From: Klebsormidium nitens
Lineage: Eukaryota > Plantae > Klebsormidiophyceae
Assembly (NCBI GenBank): GCA_000708835.1
Contig: DF237138.1
Coordinates: 91,868 to 155,867 of the forward strand
Direction: 5' to 3'
Length of the DNA stretch: 64,000 bases
This document shows, piece by piece, positions 37,401-50,000 of the stretch (position 1 is the stretch's first letter; each line of letters starts with the position of its first letter). Both the position numbers and the translations under genes were made by a program. A model generated the notes under the pieces. The model was not told where the DNA came from. It made no database searches and saw only the letters and a program-made list of their open reading frames with translations.

Positions 37401-40400
37401 CCAGAAAATTCACATCCCGCCCCAAAGACGTAAGAAAAATTGTTGCAACTATTGGAAATTGCAGAATGAAAATGGAGGGGTAGATCACAGGAGACGTATT
37501 GAAGAGGCGTATGTATATGGAGAGGGAGCCACAGAATGCGCTCAGCATGGATGTAACGGATGCTGCTTCAAAATGGCGAGGTTTTTGAAATAGATCTCGT
37601 TATTTTCTCATTCAATAGATTGGATTGGGAGGCCTCTGATAAAGATCTCCGCGCTCTATTCTACATTATGACTCCTACTGATCGCAGCGAGATCAATAAC
37701 ATTTGTAGTCGCGGACTTGAGAACGCTTAAAGGTTTCTGCAAAAGCGTCTTTTCTGTTCGAAAGGTTCTACAAGGAGGAGGTAAGGAGGAAGCGTTCATG
37801 AAGAGAGAGCTTTCTACCAACACGCCAGGACCCCTTACCCGAAAACAGCTCGTGCGCTGTGTAAGGTAGATACTGATTTGGAGAAAGCCAAACAATCGTT
37901 CGCTCATCTTCGTTCTTTTTACGTGCAGCTTCGAGCAACTACGCCCCGAACGCCAACATCCCCACTATCACTGTCGACACGATCAACCAGGCCGGCTCCG
38001 AGTGGGCCCTGCGCATCGCGGCCGCGCGCGCGTCCGCCGCGCTCCCGAACGGCGGCGCCAAGGGCGAAACCCTAAACCCACAGGCGAAGGGCGCGCCGTC
38101 GCGCGCGGGCGTTTTCTCAACCGTCGAGAGCGTGCTCAAGCAGCAGGTGAAGCGCGCGCAGGCCGCGGCCCCCAAGGACCCTGCCGAACCCCTAAACCCC
38201 CGCGCGAAGTCCCTTTCCGGCGAGAAGGCGCAGCGGACGTCTTCCGGCGAGAAGAAACCGAAGAAGAAGGCCAGCAGCGACTCGAAGGGGAAAGCGCCTC
38301 TGACCCTGCCGGTCAAAGCAGAACTCATGGCCGACGCACAAACCCCGCGCTTCGTCCAAACCCTCAAAACCCCGCGCTCCGCGGCCGCGAGCACGACCAC
38401 GACGCCCTTCCCCCCGGCCAGCCCCGCCGTCGACGCGCCGGCGGGCGCGAGCCTGCTGACGTCACTCCAGACCATCACAGAGCGGCTGCAGGAGCTTCCG
38501 GGCGACGAAAAACCCTCCGGGATTTTGGAGAAGCTGCCGACGCGCGGCGCGAAGAAGCGCTCGCGCAGCCGCACCGTGTCGGCGGACACGTCAGTCCCGG
38601 TGGTGCCGTCCACGACGGACGACGGCGCGCGTGCGAGCGCGCACGGCGCGGCCGCATTCGAGGCGAGCGAGCGCGGCGACCAGGCGGTCCCCGAGCCGCC
38701 GCGAAGCCTCCAACTCCTGCGGACGTCGAGCCGGACGTCCAGCGACAATCTGCTGCACGCGCTGCTAAGTGGGGCAAAATATACGCCTGGGCCGTCCCCC
38801 CAGAACAGCTGTCTGCAGGAGCAAGGGCTGTCGACGCTCATGGGATCAGGTCGGTGAAAGCTACCGGCCGTCGTTTCTGATATTCGTGATGTCAAGTAGA
38901 ATTGGTTCTGCCAGATTGTCGAAGTGGATCAGTAGTGTGGGATCTATTCCGCAGTGGAAGAAAACGAAAACGTCATTTGTGCTGCTGCAAAACTCTCCAA
39001 TTGCTTGGCTCTTCGAAGGCACGTTTTCGCGAAGCTTTTCCGCTTTCAGTCTCCTCACTTTTTTCCTTTAGACGTTGCTATCTTCAATGCCATCTCTGTA
39101 ACATCTTCCCAGCTTGTTGGATTGTACAGCTCCCTAATGATGAGACGGTGATTAAACTTCGGCTGCCCGCTTTGTCGCAACGCCCGGCAGAACCTCGAAC
39201 GGTAGCGTTCTGAGTTTTAAGTCGCTCTGAGCATCAAGGATAATAGAGAATTCAAACAGTCTTGCAGTCTTTGCTTCCCTGTACCTGCTCGCATGGCGCA
39301 CCTCGCCAGCGCCTAAGAAGCAGACAATCTTTCACAAACCGTCCGCATATTTGTGCTCAACATACCCCCCCTCAAGATTCCAACGGTCTTCCTCCTTCTA
39401 CATCCACAGGGCTGTCGAGCTTCGGCCTCTTCGCGGCGGCCCGTTCAGGAGTGAAAGAGACTGACCATGACGCCGACGAGGTGCAAAGCCCGCGCCGAAG
39501 CGACGGGGGCGCGCCCGACGGCGACGCGGCCGCCAAGCCGCAAACCTCCAGGGTCGCCCGGCCGTGGCCGAGCTATTTCCAGCCGGGGGGATCCACCGTG
39601 AAGTAAGAAATCAGCTGTTGCAGAATCATTGCAAAAGCGAGGAAATGAGACTCGCCAGTCCTGTATTCGATGCAATCGCTGAAAGTAAGCGAATTACCAC
39701 AGCGACGCTTGAGGCCAGCCGTCGTAACTTTAGCAGATGCACTTCGAGAATGACTTAAGAACAGGGTATTGTTTAACACAAAGGTGAAGAATGTTTCTGA
39801 GAAATAGTTTAAGAACAGATTTGTCGCGCCGAAAAGTGAGTGTCTGCTTCAAATTCTCCTTCATTTATAGCATCCGCTAACAGTCTAGACCTTGGCTTTT
39901 CTTGCTTGTCTGCTACCTTTGCCCATACCCTTGCATTTCTTTTACCCGGATCTAAGAGGGTGACCTTTTTCTTTTCAGGGGCGACAAGCCGACCGACGCA
40001 AGCCCCGAGCAGTCGCCCCTCCCCTGGGCGTCCTTTCACCCTTTCGGCCTTCTCTCATCGACATACAACAGCTACGGAACCAACTTTACCCCGGGGCCAT
40101 TTACCGGCGGCTTCGGCGCGCATTTCAGTAATCGGGGGAACATTTTCCCTTTCGGCCCGACCCCGGAGATGAGAGACGAGAAAACCCCGGGCGCGAGCGC
40201 GCGCGAGGAAACGGCGGCCGCGGGGGGCGACGTGCGTGGCCGGCCGCGGTCGCTGTCCCTGAACCTGGGCCCCGTGTCGCCCCCGATGGTTTCGAAGTCG
40301 AACGGGGATCCCGCGAGGACGCTAGAGCACCAGTTCGACGGCGACGACTCTCCGCTGGCGCTGGTTCGGAGGAGCCCGGAGAACAACTTCACGGGGCTGT

Positions 40401-40699
40401 TGACGGCGGTGGAGTCGCCAGCCAACGAAGAACTAGTGCGGGAAAGGAAGCGCGCGAGAGTCGCGTCGCCTGGTGTAGAGGTGGGAGACCGGGAAAAGGT
40501 GGTTGTTTTGGATCAGGAGAAGCGACCGGGAAATGCACAACCGGGACCCGCAGGGACCGTCGGTGGAGAGCTTCCGACGTTCAACCTGATGGGCGCTGCG
40601 ATTACGCACGGACGAATCGAGGTAAAGACTGTTGAGAATGCTCGGCTTGCATTGGAACAGTTCTTGACGGCTATCCGGGACACCGGGCTTGAAAAGTAA
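34420..40699 (+). CDS. WRKY: WRKY transcription factor, group IIb-like, ~1068 aa
   Basis: Exons 34420-35109, 35494-35719, 36080-36222, 36564-36677, 37116-37314, 37929-38849, 39410-39602, 39979-40699 (phases consistent). [26 protein letters not shown]5-CPVRKQ|VQR...TYEHMHNH, a V-type intron after VRKQ (groups IIa/IIb), an N-terminal coiled coil and IIb-like [11 protein letters not shown] and IPTITVD motifs. The WRKY domain is certain; the distal exons less so. Confidence 0.88.
36459..36497 (+). repeat. Intronic decayed copy of the WRKYGQK-encoding exon start
   Basis: tttgacggcaactggcacaagtatggccggatgcatgcc versus exon ttcgacggctgcaactggcgcaagtacggccagaagatcgcc at 36567. Confidence 0.7.
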
Positions 40700-42441
40700 T
40701 AGAGGGGAGGCATCGAGATTCGGCTGCAGCTTTCATACAAGATGATCATATACTGAGATACTGAAGCTGTGCCTTTCAGTTTCTCGAGAAGCTACGGAAG
40801 TCTGACGAACAGCGAGATTTATCGCTTCTGAAGCAGCGCCTAAATCCTCGGGTCAGTTCCGGTCGATCAACGGCGTACTTGTCTCAATTATGGTATGTTC
40901 GGGCATACCACTCTCAGACGTATGGTTACTACACCTCTCTAAAACTTCTCAAAGAGAAATGCGGACTGAACATCGTCACATTATTTGTTCAATGCAGGGA
41001 GCCGCCCGCATAGAGTCAACGTAGAAGCAACTTCGAAAAGATGGAAGACGGAAGCAAGTTGTAATCTGCTTCCGACCCGCACATGGACTTAGGCGCTACT
41101 GGGATATTCGCAACACCGCGCAGCAACGTCGGTCCCGAATTGGTCACAATCTCGGTGGTCATGATCTCCGTGACCACTGATCATATCCTCGACAGCTCCA
41201 ATTAGTTTCAAACAGCAAGATGACCAAGATAAGAGTAGACTGGCCCATTAGGTTTGATTGGCAAAGTTGCGAGGGCAAAACAGAATCAAAGGACGGTTTA
41301 CATTTTCTGCTTAACGACAGCTATTGAGGGAAACGGGAGCAGCTACTAGGTGCAACTCGTAAGGTGCATTTGCGTGCGGATAGGTATCAAAAAGTACTAG
41401 AACGATCAGTCGAGGTCAGACTCAGGTCTGACCGTGTCAGCAATCTAGGGTAGAATTCTACAGCACTTCACTGGAACACCAAGATACTAAGCTATTACGT
41501 CCAAACGGACGGTTAGTTCAGCCTCTGACGAACATTGAACAGTGCACGCTTAAGTGCACCGCGGCTGTGTACACACGCTGACCTCAAAACACTGAGGAAT
41601 ATGCTCATGGCTTTGATTTTTATTCAACCTGTAACAGTTCCTTACGATGGCCGAGAGAATTTGTACACCATTGTCTTGAATGGTCCATTGCTGAGTGCCT
41701 TGAGGCGATACGATCAGTTTGCCACAGTATTACTCGCTTTTATCCTCTATTCGTCTTGCATGATCTAGGACGGTGCAGTCCCTCGTCATTGACTCGGACT
41801 TACCTCGATCCTTATTTAGGCAAGCAGTGACTGAGTTCTTCTATGAAAGGCGTTTCGCTCCTCGTTTAGCCTCGTATTTGGACATAATGATGCACTGAGT
41901 GCACGGCCCGCCAAAATCCGATTAATCGGGGCCTAAGGACGACTCCAGGTCAGTACACAACCCCTCTCCAGGATGTACTTCAGATGATCTCGAATGGATA
42001 AAGGTGCGCAAGAGAATATCAGGTGTGGGCCAGCTTGACGCGTGCACATAAATAGCGCTGCAGCCCTTTGCTATGTGCTGCCAACATTTCACAATGCCTG
42101 CAAGTCGATACGACCCAGCAAAGTTCAAATTGCGGGATTGCGTTGACCAACGCGTGTAAACTTCAGCGCTAGTTGAGCTTTAGGTTAATGCATTGAGGTT
42201 CTGGCACGTCACCACGGTAGTTAGCGCCGGGCCCGCGTGCCGCGCATGCAGTGCCTCCAGGGTCTGCAGGGGCCGCGCTCCGTTCCGGCCTCCTTTCAAA
42301 TTCTTCCGCCGAGGTTCAGCTGAGTTCAGCTCCACAGGATAGAGATAAACAAATCTGAGCCGTTCATCGGGCAAGCCACAGGCTCGCCGCTAAATAGACG
42401 GCGGTTGTCGCGAGGCCGAGGTTGTTGCGTAGGGAAAACTG

Positions 42442-42461
42442 ACTCCGAGCTAAGTTATCGA

Positions 42462-42494
<33 letters not shown>

Positions 42495-42739
42495 NNNNNN
42501 NNNNNNNNNNNNNNTTCACTCTTCCCCCAGTGGGGAGGAGGGAAGAAGGTAAGGGGGTTTGCACCCACCCTATACGGAGCTAAGTTATCGATCACTCACA
42601 TGAAAAGGCCCAAAGAGGAAATAGCGGGGGGGCTCGGGGGGGCGGCCCCCCCCGGTTTTTATAGGTAAAAAAGGGGTCGCGGTCCGACTCGGATCGAAAC
42701 TATGTATACCTGCAATACATATGTACCAAGTTATCGATC
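42442..42739. repeat. Repeat remnant with direct repeats gagctaagttatcgatc (x2) and aagttatcgatc (x3), poly-T and an assembly gap
   Basis: Copies start at 42442, 42572 and 42728; T run 42464-42494; 20 N at 42495-42514; G/C hairpin gggggggcggccccccc near 42635-42651. Confidence 0.6.
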
Positions 42740-44016
42740 AACGTACTCATATGCAACCTATGCTACCAAGACTCATTTTGGGCCGGAGTTGTTGACAAAA
42801 GGGCTTTGCTAGCCGCACAGCACTTTTCACAGGCTTGCCGCCGGATGACTGGAAGCAGACTCACTGATGAATATTTTCAGCTTGGCACTGTATGACCATG
42901 TCTTCTAGAGAAAACCCAGGCATTCGTTACATAATGGCCCGCTCTAACATAGATTTGATATCCCTGAACGGAGCAATCGCTCCTCTAAACGTTGAACAAG
43001 AATTTGGGGCGACTGCAAGGATCATGTTTTTGTGTGGTGATGCACAAAAGACAATGCAGGAAGACAAGAGCGTGGGCCATGCAGAAATCTTGGGATTGAA
43101 GGTGCTCAGATGTTGAGTATGAGGCAACGTTGTCCCAGCAATGAGCAGACAATGCGACAATAGAAATGGCAGCAACAATGCTTGATTAGAAGGATTCAAA
43201 GTCTGCTGCAAGCTGGTGAGACGTGCATGTCATCAGTCTGCTCGATCAAGGGTTTAGCACTTCCTGGAGATGTTCAGGTTTGAGAAACCTAAGGAATGCT
43301 GCAACCCTGCCGTTTACAGGAGCAACTGCAGAAGAAAGTGTTCAACTCGTTCCTAAGAAGGTAAGAAAGAAATAAAGCTTTCTGTACATATGTGGTCATC
43401 TCTGATCTGCACGACGTGACAGGCGCGTCGTAGCTAGTAAGCCCCGTGAAGTTAAGCTGTTGTTCCCAGGATATGCAAATTCTCTTCTGTTGAAGGATCC
43501 TTGGTCAAACCAAAATCAAGGTGCCCCTTAGCCTACAGAACTGGCATGCCTGTGTAAGAGTGGGCCTTCACAAACTGCAACATTTGAGTGTGCTAGCTTT
43601 CAATAGTCTAAAAGTATTCAAGTCAGAACCTGTGCAAGGACCAATGTTGCGGTCTTTACACGAAACTCCACCACCATGACCTGTTACAGTCTTCCCTATC
43701 TGACGCTTTTCAGAAGGTAGCATGTTTTTCAGTTCCAAGTTGTGGTCCTGCCAACAGCAACAGATCCGGTTGGTTCCTGGTCGTTTTCCCTTCGCCACTA
43801 TCGTCCTGAAAGCCTCTCTAAACAAACAGAGGGAAATCATCAGACATGCCTACTTGGTGGCTGAACTACGCGCCTTTCCATTGAAGCTGAAGTTTGCATT
43901 TCGCACTTTGATCAAGAGCGACCGAAAGCCACATATGCAACCAATGATTCGTCTCTGTTGTCCATCAACGCCTGCTTTGCTCTGCATTCAGGTAGCTGTG
44001 GAAGAAAGTTCAGCAC

Positions 44017-47000
44017 ATGGAGGGGCCACATGCAGCTCCCACCATGCCTGTCCATCTGAAAAAGCTCAGCGCCTCAAGCTATGAGGGGGATCGGGAGCAC
44101 GAAGCAGGCCCTGCTCGCAAGATCACAGTGAAGGTGCTCACGGAGGCGGCCAGGAATGCAGACCGACTGCGTCAAGAGATAGCAGGTTAGCAAACATAGA
44201 CTTAGTGATTCACTGCTTCTCTTCGTTTACCTTATGGATCTTCTAGAGCCCATGAACCTCGTACATAGCGTGTTTTGGAGGACAGCAGCAGGGTCTTTGA
44301 TTTGTGGAAGAAGAGACTTTCGTTCAGGAAGATGCAGGACCACGGGAGACAGATTCTGCTTCTGTCTACTTGATCCAGGAAAGAGTAGAAGCAGCAAAGC
44401 CACCCTATTCAGAAACCAGAAGCAATAGCATCAATGAAAGATACTGCGTGTGAGAAGAATGGCAAATCCTAATGAGAGAAAGGAACCTTGTATATCTACA
44501 GCAACCGAACGCAAACATGCTGCTCTGCCCTAGCGGTTGCCAATAAGGACGTCGCATGTAGAAAGCTGGTTGCAAAATGGAAAACGGTTTGGCTCCTTAC
44601 ATCAGGGAGCCCCATTGAGGGCCCGAATCCAAGAAAGCGGAGCAGCACATTGCGAGTTATGGACAGCTTTCTGTGCAGTATTCGAACGCAAAATTTCCTC
44701 AACTGGTTGATGGAACGGCAGGCAGACCTTTGCAATCAGCGGGAGAAAGCGTGAAGAGAATTGCTCGTTGTCGTAAGTGTCTCTCGGAAAGCTCTCTGAA
44801 TAGTGAGCTTCATAAGGAGGGAGCTAAGTGTGGCATGTGATAGCCATAAAATTGGCGTTTCAAGCATCAAATCAGGTTCCGGCTAATCAAGTGGAGCTTC
44901 AAACGTTGCAACTTGACGAGAACGTTAATGTACAGATTCTCTGCCCCGCTCAGCTCCAAGATTGCAGTTGATATTGGACTCAATAAACCTTCCCCTCAGT
45001 CCTCCTTTAACACCATACTGTCTGCTCCCTGCAGCGATAAAGCTGAGCGTCGCAGCCGGTGTCGGCGGCCCCTCCGGCCCCCAGCAGCTCATGCGGTCGA
45101 GGAGCATGGAGAAGTCCAAGAGCATGGAAAAATCGCCATTACTAGTTACTCAAGCAGGGACCACGTCACTCGATCCAGACGCAACGGACAATGGCGAAGC
45201 TCGGAGGCGGTCATCTCTGGAAAGAAGCACTGCGTTCAAGATCGGGGGGGAAGAGAAAGGAACGGATGGACTTGGGGAGGACCGAAGACGGTCCTCTTTG
45301 GAAAGAAGCTCTGCTTTTAAGATGGGGGGAGGAGTCCAACCAACGGACGAGATCGGCGAGGCCCGAAGACGGTCTTCCCTGGAGAGAAGCGACGCGTTCA
45401 AAATTGGGGGAGAAAGGAAACGGACCGATTCTGCTGTCAGCCAACAGAGGAAGCAAGTCACAAGCGGGGAGACTCGTGCCAAGACACCGCTGAAAACGCA
45501 GCCGATTGTCGACGGAACGGTACCAGCAAACGTGGGAAAGAAAGCCGCGGCGGCTGGCAAGCGGTCTGGAGCAAAGGTGGGGCCCCTCCCGGTGGATTCC
45601 CCCGATTGGTTGGACAAGGAAATGATTACAGGGCCTCACGCCAAAGCGAAGCCTGTTAGCGATCCGTCCAAGTCGGGGGGGTCCTCAGAGCACGGAGACG
45701 TGCCCCCCGGGACGGTGCAACCGGCCAAGCCGCTCGACTTTTCTCTCACGGCGATGAGGAAGCACCTGAACAGCACGCAGGCGCACGGGCCCGGGGACAT
45801 GTCCCGGTCGACGGAAGAGATGAAGAAGCAGATGTTGGAGAAACTGCGCGCCGTGAACAGCAGTTTCAAGGAGAACCAGGGGGCGAAGAAATCGAAGTTT
45901 GCGGCCAAGGCGCGCCCGGTGGAAGCCAACCGGGCGGCTGCTGGGGGAGCGGACACTGCGGCGGAGGTCGGGGAAGAGACCCGGGGGACGGATATTGTTG
46001 AGGGAAAGACGACGCAGTCTGGATTGGAAGGTGCGACCAGATTGCCCCGGACTGTGACGATGGGGAAAGGCACGGCCGTTGCGCAAAGAACGGCGTCGCC
46101 TCTGAAGCGGACAGTAAGTAGAGCGGCAAAAGAGGTCTCGGAGGGAGGAGGCGGGCAGCCGACGGGAGCGGAGTCCGCGCCAGAAACTCCGTTGGAGAAA
46201 GCGGAACGGTTGCGGAACGAGGCGGCAGAGGTGATAAGCAGGCGGGTATCGGAGCATAAGGTGGCGGTGGCGGACGGGCATACGGCGCCTGCAGAGGGGC
46301 ATAAGGCGCCGGCGGAGGGGCATAAGGGGCCGGCGGCGGAGCATAAGGCGCCGGCGAGCGGGCAGGACGGCAGCGCTTCTACACGAGAGTTGTCGCCCAA
46401 ACGGGGCCAGAGGTCGCCAAAACGGACGTCCGCAACGACAAAAACGTCCGCCGAAGCGCCAAACCGGACGGCTGTCGTGCAAGCGAGTACAGAGGGGCCA
46501 GATCGGACGGGGGATAAGCAAGCCTTCGCGGAGGCGCGTACGAAAGAGGTTCCGTCTGGGTTGCCGGCTCAGCGTTCGTCGCAGGCCGAGGGGGAACCAG
46601 GATCATTACCGAACGTTGTGACGGTCAGCGCGGAAAGACGTGAAAGCGTTACGGCGCGGCGGAGCAGCGACGGAAAAGGACCAGGCAGCAGGAGGCAGAG
46701 CGTGTCGAGCAGCGACAAGAAGCCGGAATTCATCGACCGGGCGAAGAAGACGGCGGTAAAGGAGGCGTTGGAGAAGAAGGCGGAGAATCTGCGCAAATTT
46801 CGGGAACAGAAAGAGGCACAGGTGAGAAGCGTGGCCTGACATTGTAGTTCATATCTGGTCCATTTTTCTTCTCTAGTGACTTCCTAGGTCTGCTGTCTTT
46901 TCAGGAAGACAGCGGACCGGCTCGAATTGAGGTTTAGCAACTCGAGACTGCATGTAGGTCGAGAATAAGGCTTATGTCGCAAGTAAATGACTGCGAGATC

Positions 47001-50000
47001 CTACGGTCTTGAACCTCGCACTTCTTGCAATCAGGTTCATTTTGTGAAGATAAAGATTTCGAAATGTGTTTCTTGAGACAAGAATGTGGGCACTGTTGGC
47101 TTGTAAAACCCGAAACTTACTGTCCAAGCTTTGCGCTCCACGACTGGAAAAGCTGAAAGTGATTGTTTTCCGGATTTGTGCTAATCGTCCGAGCAGCGAA
47201 GAGAAAGACTTTTTGCTACGTGAAGCTGGGACTTCAGAATCCCAAACCTATTCCTCCAAGTGCACAGTGCCTTACTGAGGGTAATACGATGGCATCACGA
47301 GTCGCCCAGCCTGGCCGCGTGACCTGATGTCAAGCCTAAATACGTAGCCGTCAGATCACCACGCTTTTGCAAACCAATGGTCCCGATTCTGCATTCTTGT
47401 TTCAAATCTTGATTGGAGTCCGGCAACCAGGTTCGACAGATTCTACGGTAGGCAAAATGATACTGGTGGTTCTCGTATCAACTTTATCACCGTCTCAGCC
47501 GTCGCAAGAAGAAGCGTCCTTGCAAAGAGAAATTCTGGACATTGTTACGCTGAATTCTTCGAGTCGTGTAGGTGCGGATACTGCTACCTATTCTAGGAGG
47601 TCTAGATTGATCCGCCCTCAAATGCAAAAGCTGACGCTCTTATCTTGGCCTCAAAACAGGCGGCGATGCTCCAGAAACAGAAGGAAGACCACGAGCGTAA
47701 GCACCTCGAAAAGCTGGGCCAGCTTCCGCCCGCAGCCGTTCCGCCAACGGAGTCCGCTCACGTTCCCGAGCAGAACCCAGCGAACCCAGCGAAGACGTCT
47801 CAACCAACCCCAAACAAAGAACCCACGCAGCGCCAGCTGTCGCCGTTGAAAGCACGGGCAGCACCGAATCCAACGTCAAAGAAACGCGCAACGAGTGTCG
47901 CAGCCGTGTCTGAATCCGCCGGAGCGGAATCCGCAGCGGAATCCTCAGCGATATCAAGGGCCGCAGAAGGGCCACCGGCAAGCGTATCTGACGCTCCGCT
48001 GAAGTCAACGGCGCTCCGCACGACGTTCTCGCTGAAGAAGGGGGCCGTGGCAAAGACTGGGGGGGCGCATGAGGGAGCCACGCGTCAGGATCCAGAAGGT
48101 GTCACGTCAGCGAGGGATCCGTCCAAAGCGGTCAAACCTACCCTTACACTGGGGCCGGGTTGGGAGACGGCGCAGAAGCACGCGGGGAAAGTGGAGGAAC
48201 CCCCGGAGGAGAAAGCGGCGATCGGGGCGCCAGATTTGGAAGGTGCCACGTCAGCAGGGGATCTATTCAAAAATTCAAAATCCGCCCTCAAATTGGGGCC
48301 GGGCTGGGAGACGGCGCAGAAGCGGGCGGGGAAAATAGAGGAGCCCCCGGAGGAGAAAGCGGCGGTCGGGGCGCCGATTTTGGAGCTCTCGGAAGCGGTC
48401 GGGGCGTCGAGTCCCGGGCACTCTGATGCGGCCGGGAGGCTCTTCGTGCAAGCAAGCCCGAAGGATCCGCCCGGGAAGGCGGAATCCGGCCCGGAACCGG
48501 AACGAGAGGACTCTCAGTCAAGTACTGCTGCGGCCGAGAAGGAGTTCCCGACAAAGAGAGACGGAGCACCGAGAGAAAATGGTGATGGCGAGGTTAAGGA
48601 CCCGGTTATCAAGCAACTCCACGATAACCCCGCCTTCTCGCCCGCCAACAGCCCCATGGCGAAAGCAAGCAAAGCGGCGCCCTCCCTTAAACCAGATGTC
48701 AGTCCGGAACCCGCACCGGTTAACGCAAACCCGATCCCGGAGAGTTCAGAGATGGACCCCGGTTGGCCCCTCCGACCACACTGGACCCCCGCTTCAGCAC
48801 CCGGTACTAACCCTCCAGGGTTGACTGAGTTAACCGGAAAACTGAGGCACGCTTCAACCGAGGAGATCTTTGTTTCGGCCGGGCATGCCGTCGCTGCTGC
48901 GGAAAAGAAGCTGAACGAGAGCCCGGTTGTCGGATCCCCAACCGCTCCTTCAGACGAGAAGGAGCCGGTAGTTGTTGAGCCGGTTGCAGTACCCACCGGC
49001 CCGGCTCGCGTTCCGTCGGTCAACGTCCACAAAGGGAAAGCAAAGACTTCGTCGAAGTCTTCGGACGGCGACCCACCAGCTGCGGACGCGCACATGACCG
49101 TCGCCAAGGCTGAACGCGTTGACTCCAGACCGGCAGGTACAAGGGACGGGCCGGAACGTTCCGCCGGAACAGATGGAAAGAAACCGGCGGCCGGGAAACA
49201 GATCTCCTTCTCAAAGTCCGTGAGCAGGGGCCTCTCCACCAAAACCCCCCCTATTTCCCAGGCGCCCGTTGCCCCCCAGGAAGGAGAAACGGCGAAACCC
49301 TTAAAACCTGAAATGGTGCCCAGTGCCGCGGCCGCCAGGACCGAGCCGACAATCGAGAAAACCGCTTCCGGTCTGAAGCCGCTCAAGATCCCCAACAACC
49401 GGAAGAGCGTGACCGGAACGCTTCCCGGCAGCCCAGGCGCCCCGGCGCCGAGCGCCCCTGTTCTGGTGGTCCCGGTCGACGGAACCGAGCGGCGGAAGAG
49501 CGGCGAGAAGCGGACGGAAGAGCCGGAAACGAAGAATCTGGCGGAAAGCCAGCGGAAGATGCAAGAGGAGCTGGACCTGATCGCGGCGGGGCTGGCTTAC
49601 GTCAAAGTGAACAGATACGGCAGCTCGGCGCCCCCGGAAGGTGAGCCAGATTGACGGCGAGCTTTTTTCGTCATAAGGCGTGCGGGAAAGCACAATGTTC
49701 AATCTGCTGTTTCTTCCTTCTAGAGTACCATTGGTTGCTTCTTTGAGAGATTGTAGGATCTGCCAACCTTTTCCTGCGACGATCGGGCTTATCATCCGTC
49801 TTTTCTTGGTGATAATGGTCCTGCGCAAGTGCATCTGTCAAAACTTTGGGTACACGAGGGAGTCAACATGATTTAGTTCTATCCTTCACGGCCGAAACTG
49901 CAATCACTCATTCTCGAAAAAAAGAGTTATGTACCTCGCTCTCATCGAGTGAAGAAGTACTTCCACTATCGTCCTGAACGTCGAACTCTATACTTCCTAT

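Noticed and set aside
41000-43900. Short ORFs between the WRKY and PH-like genes
   Set aside because: All are under 130 aa, with no motifs, splice-consistent chains or coding-type GC bias.
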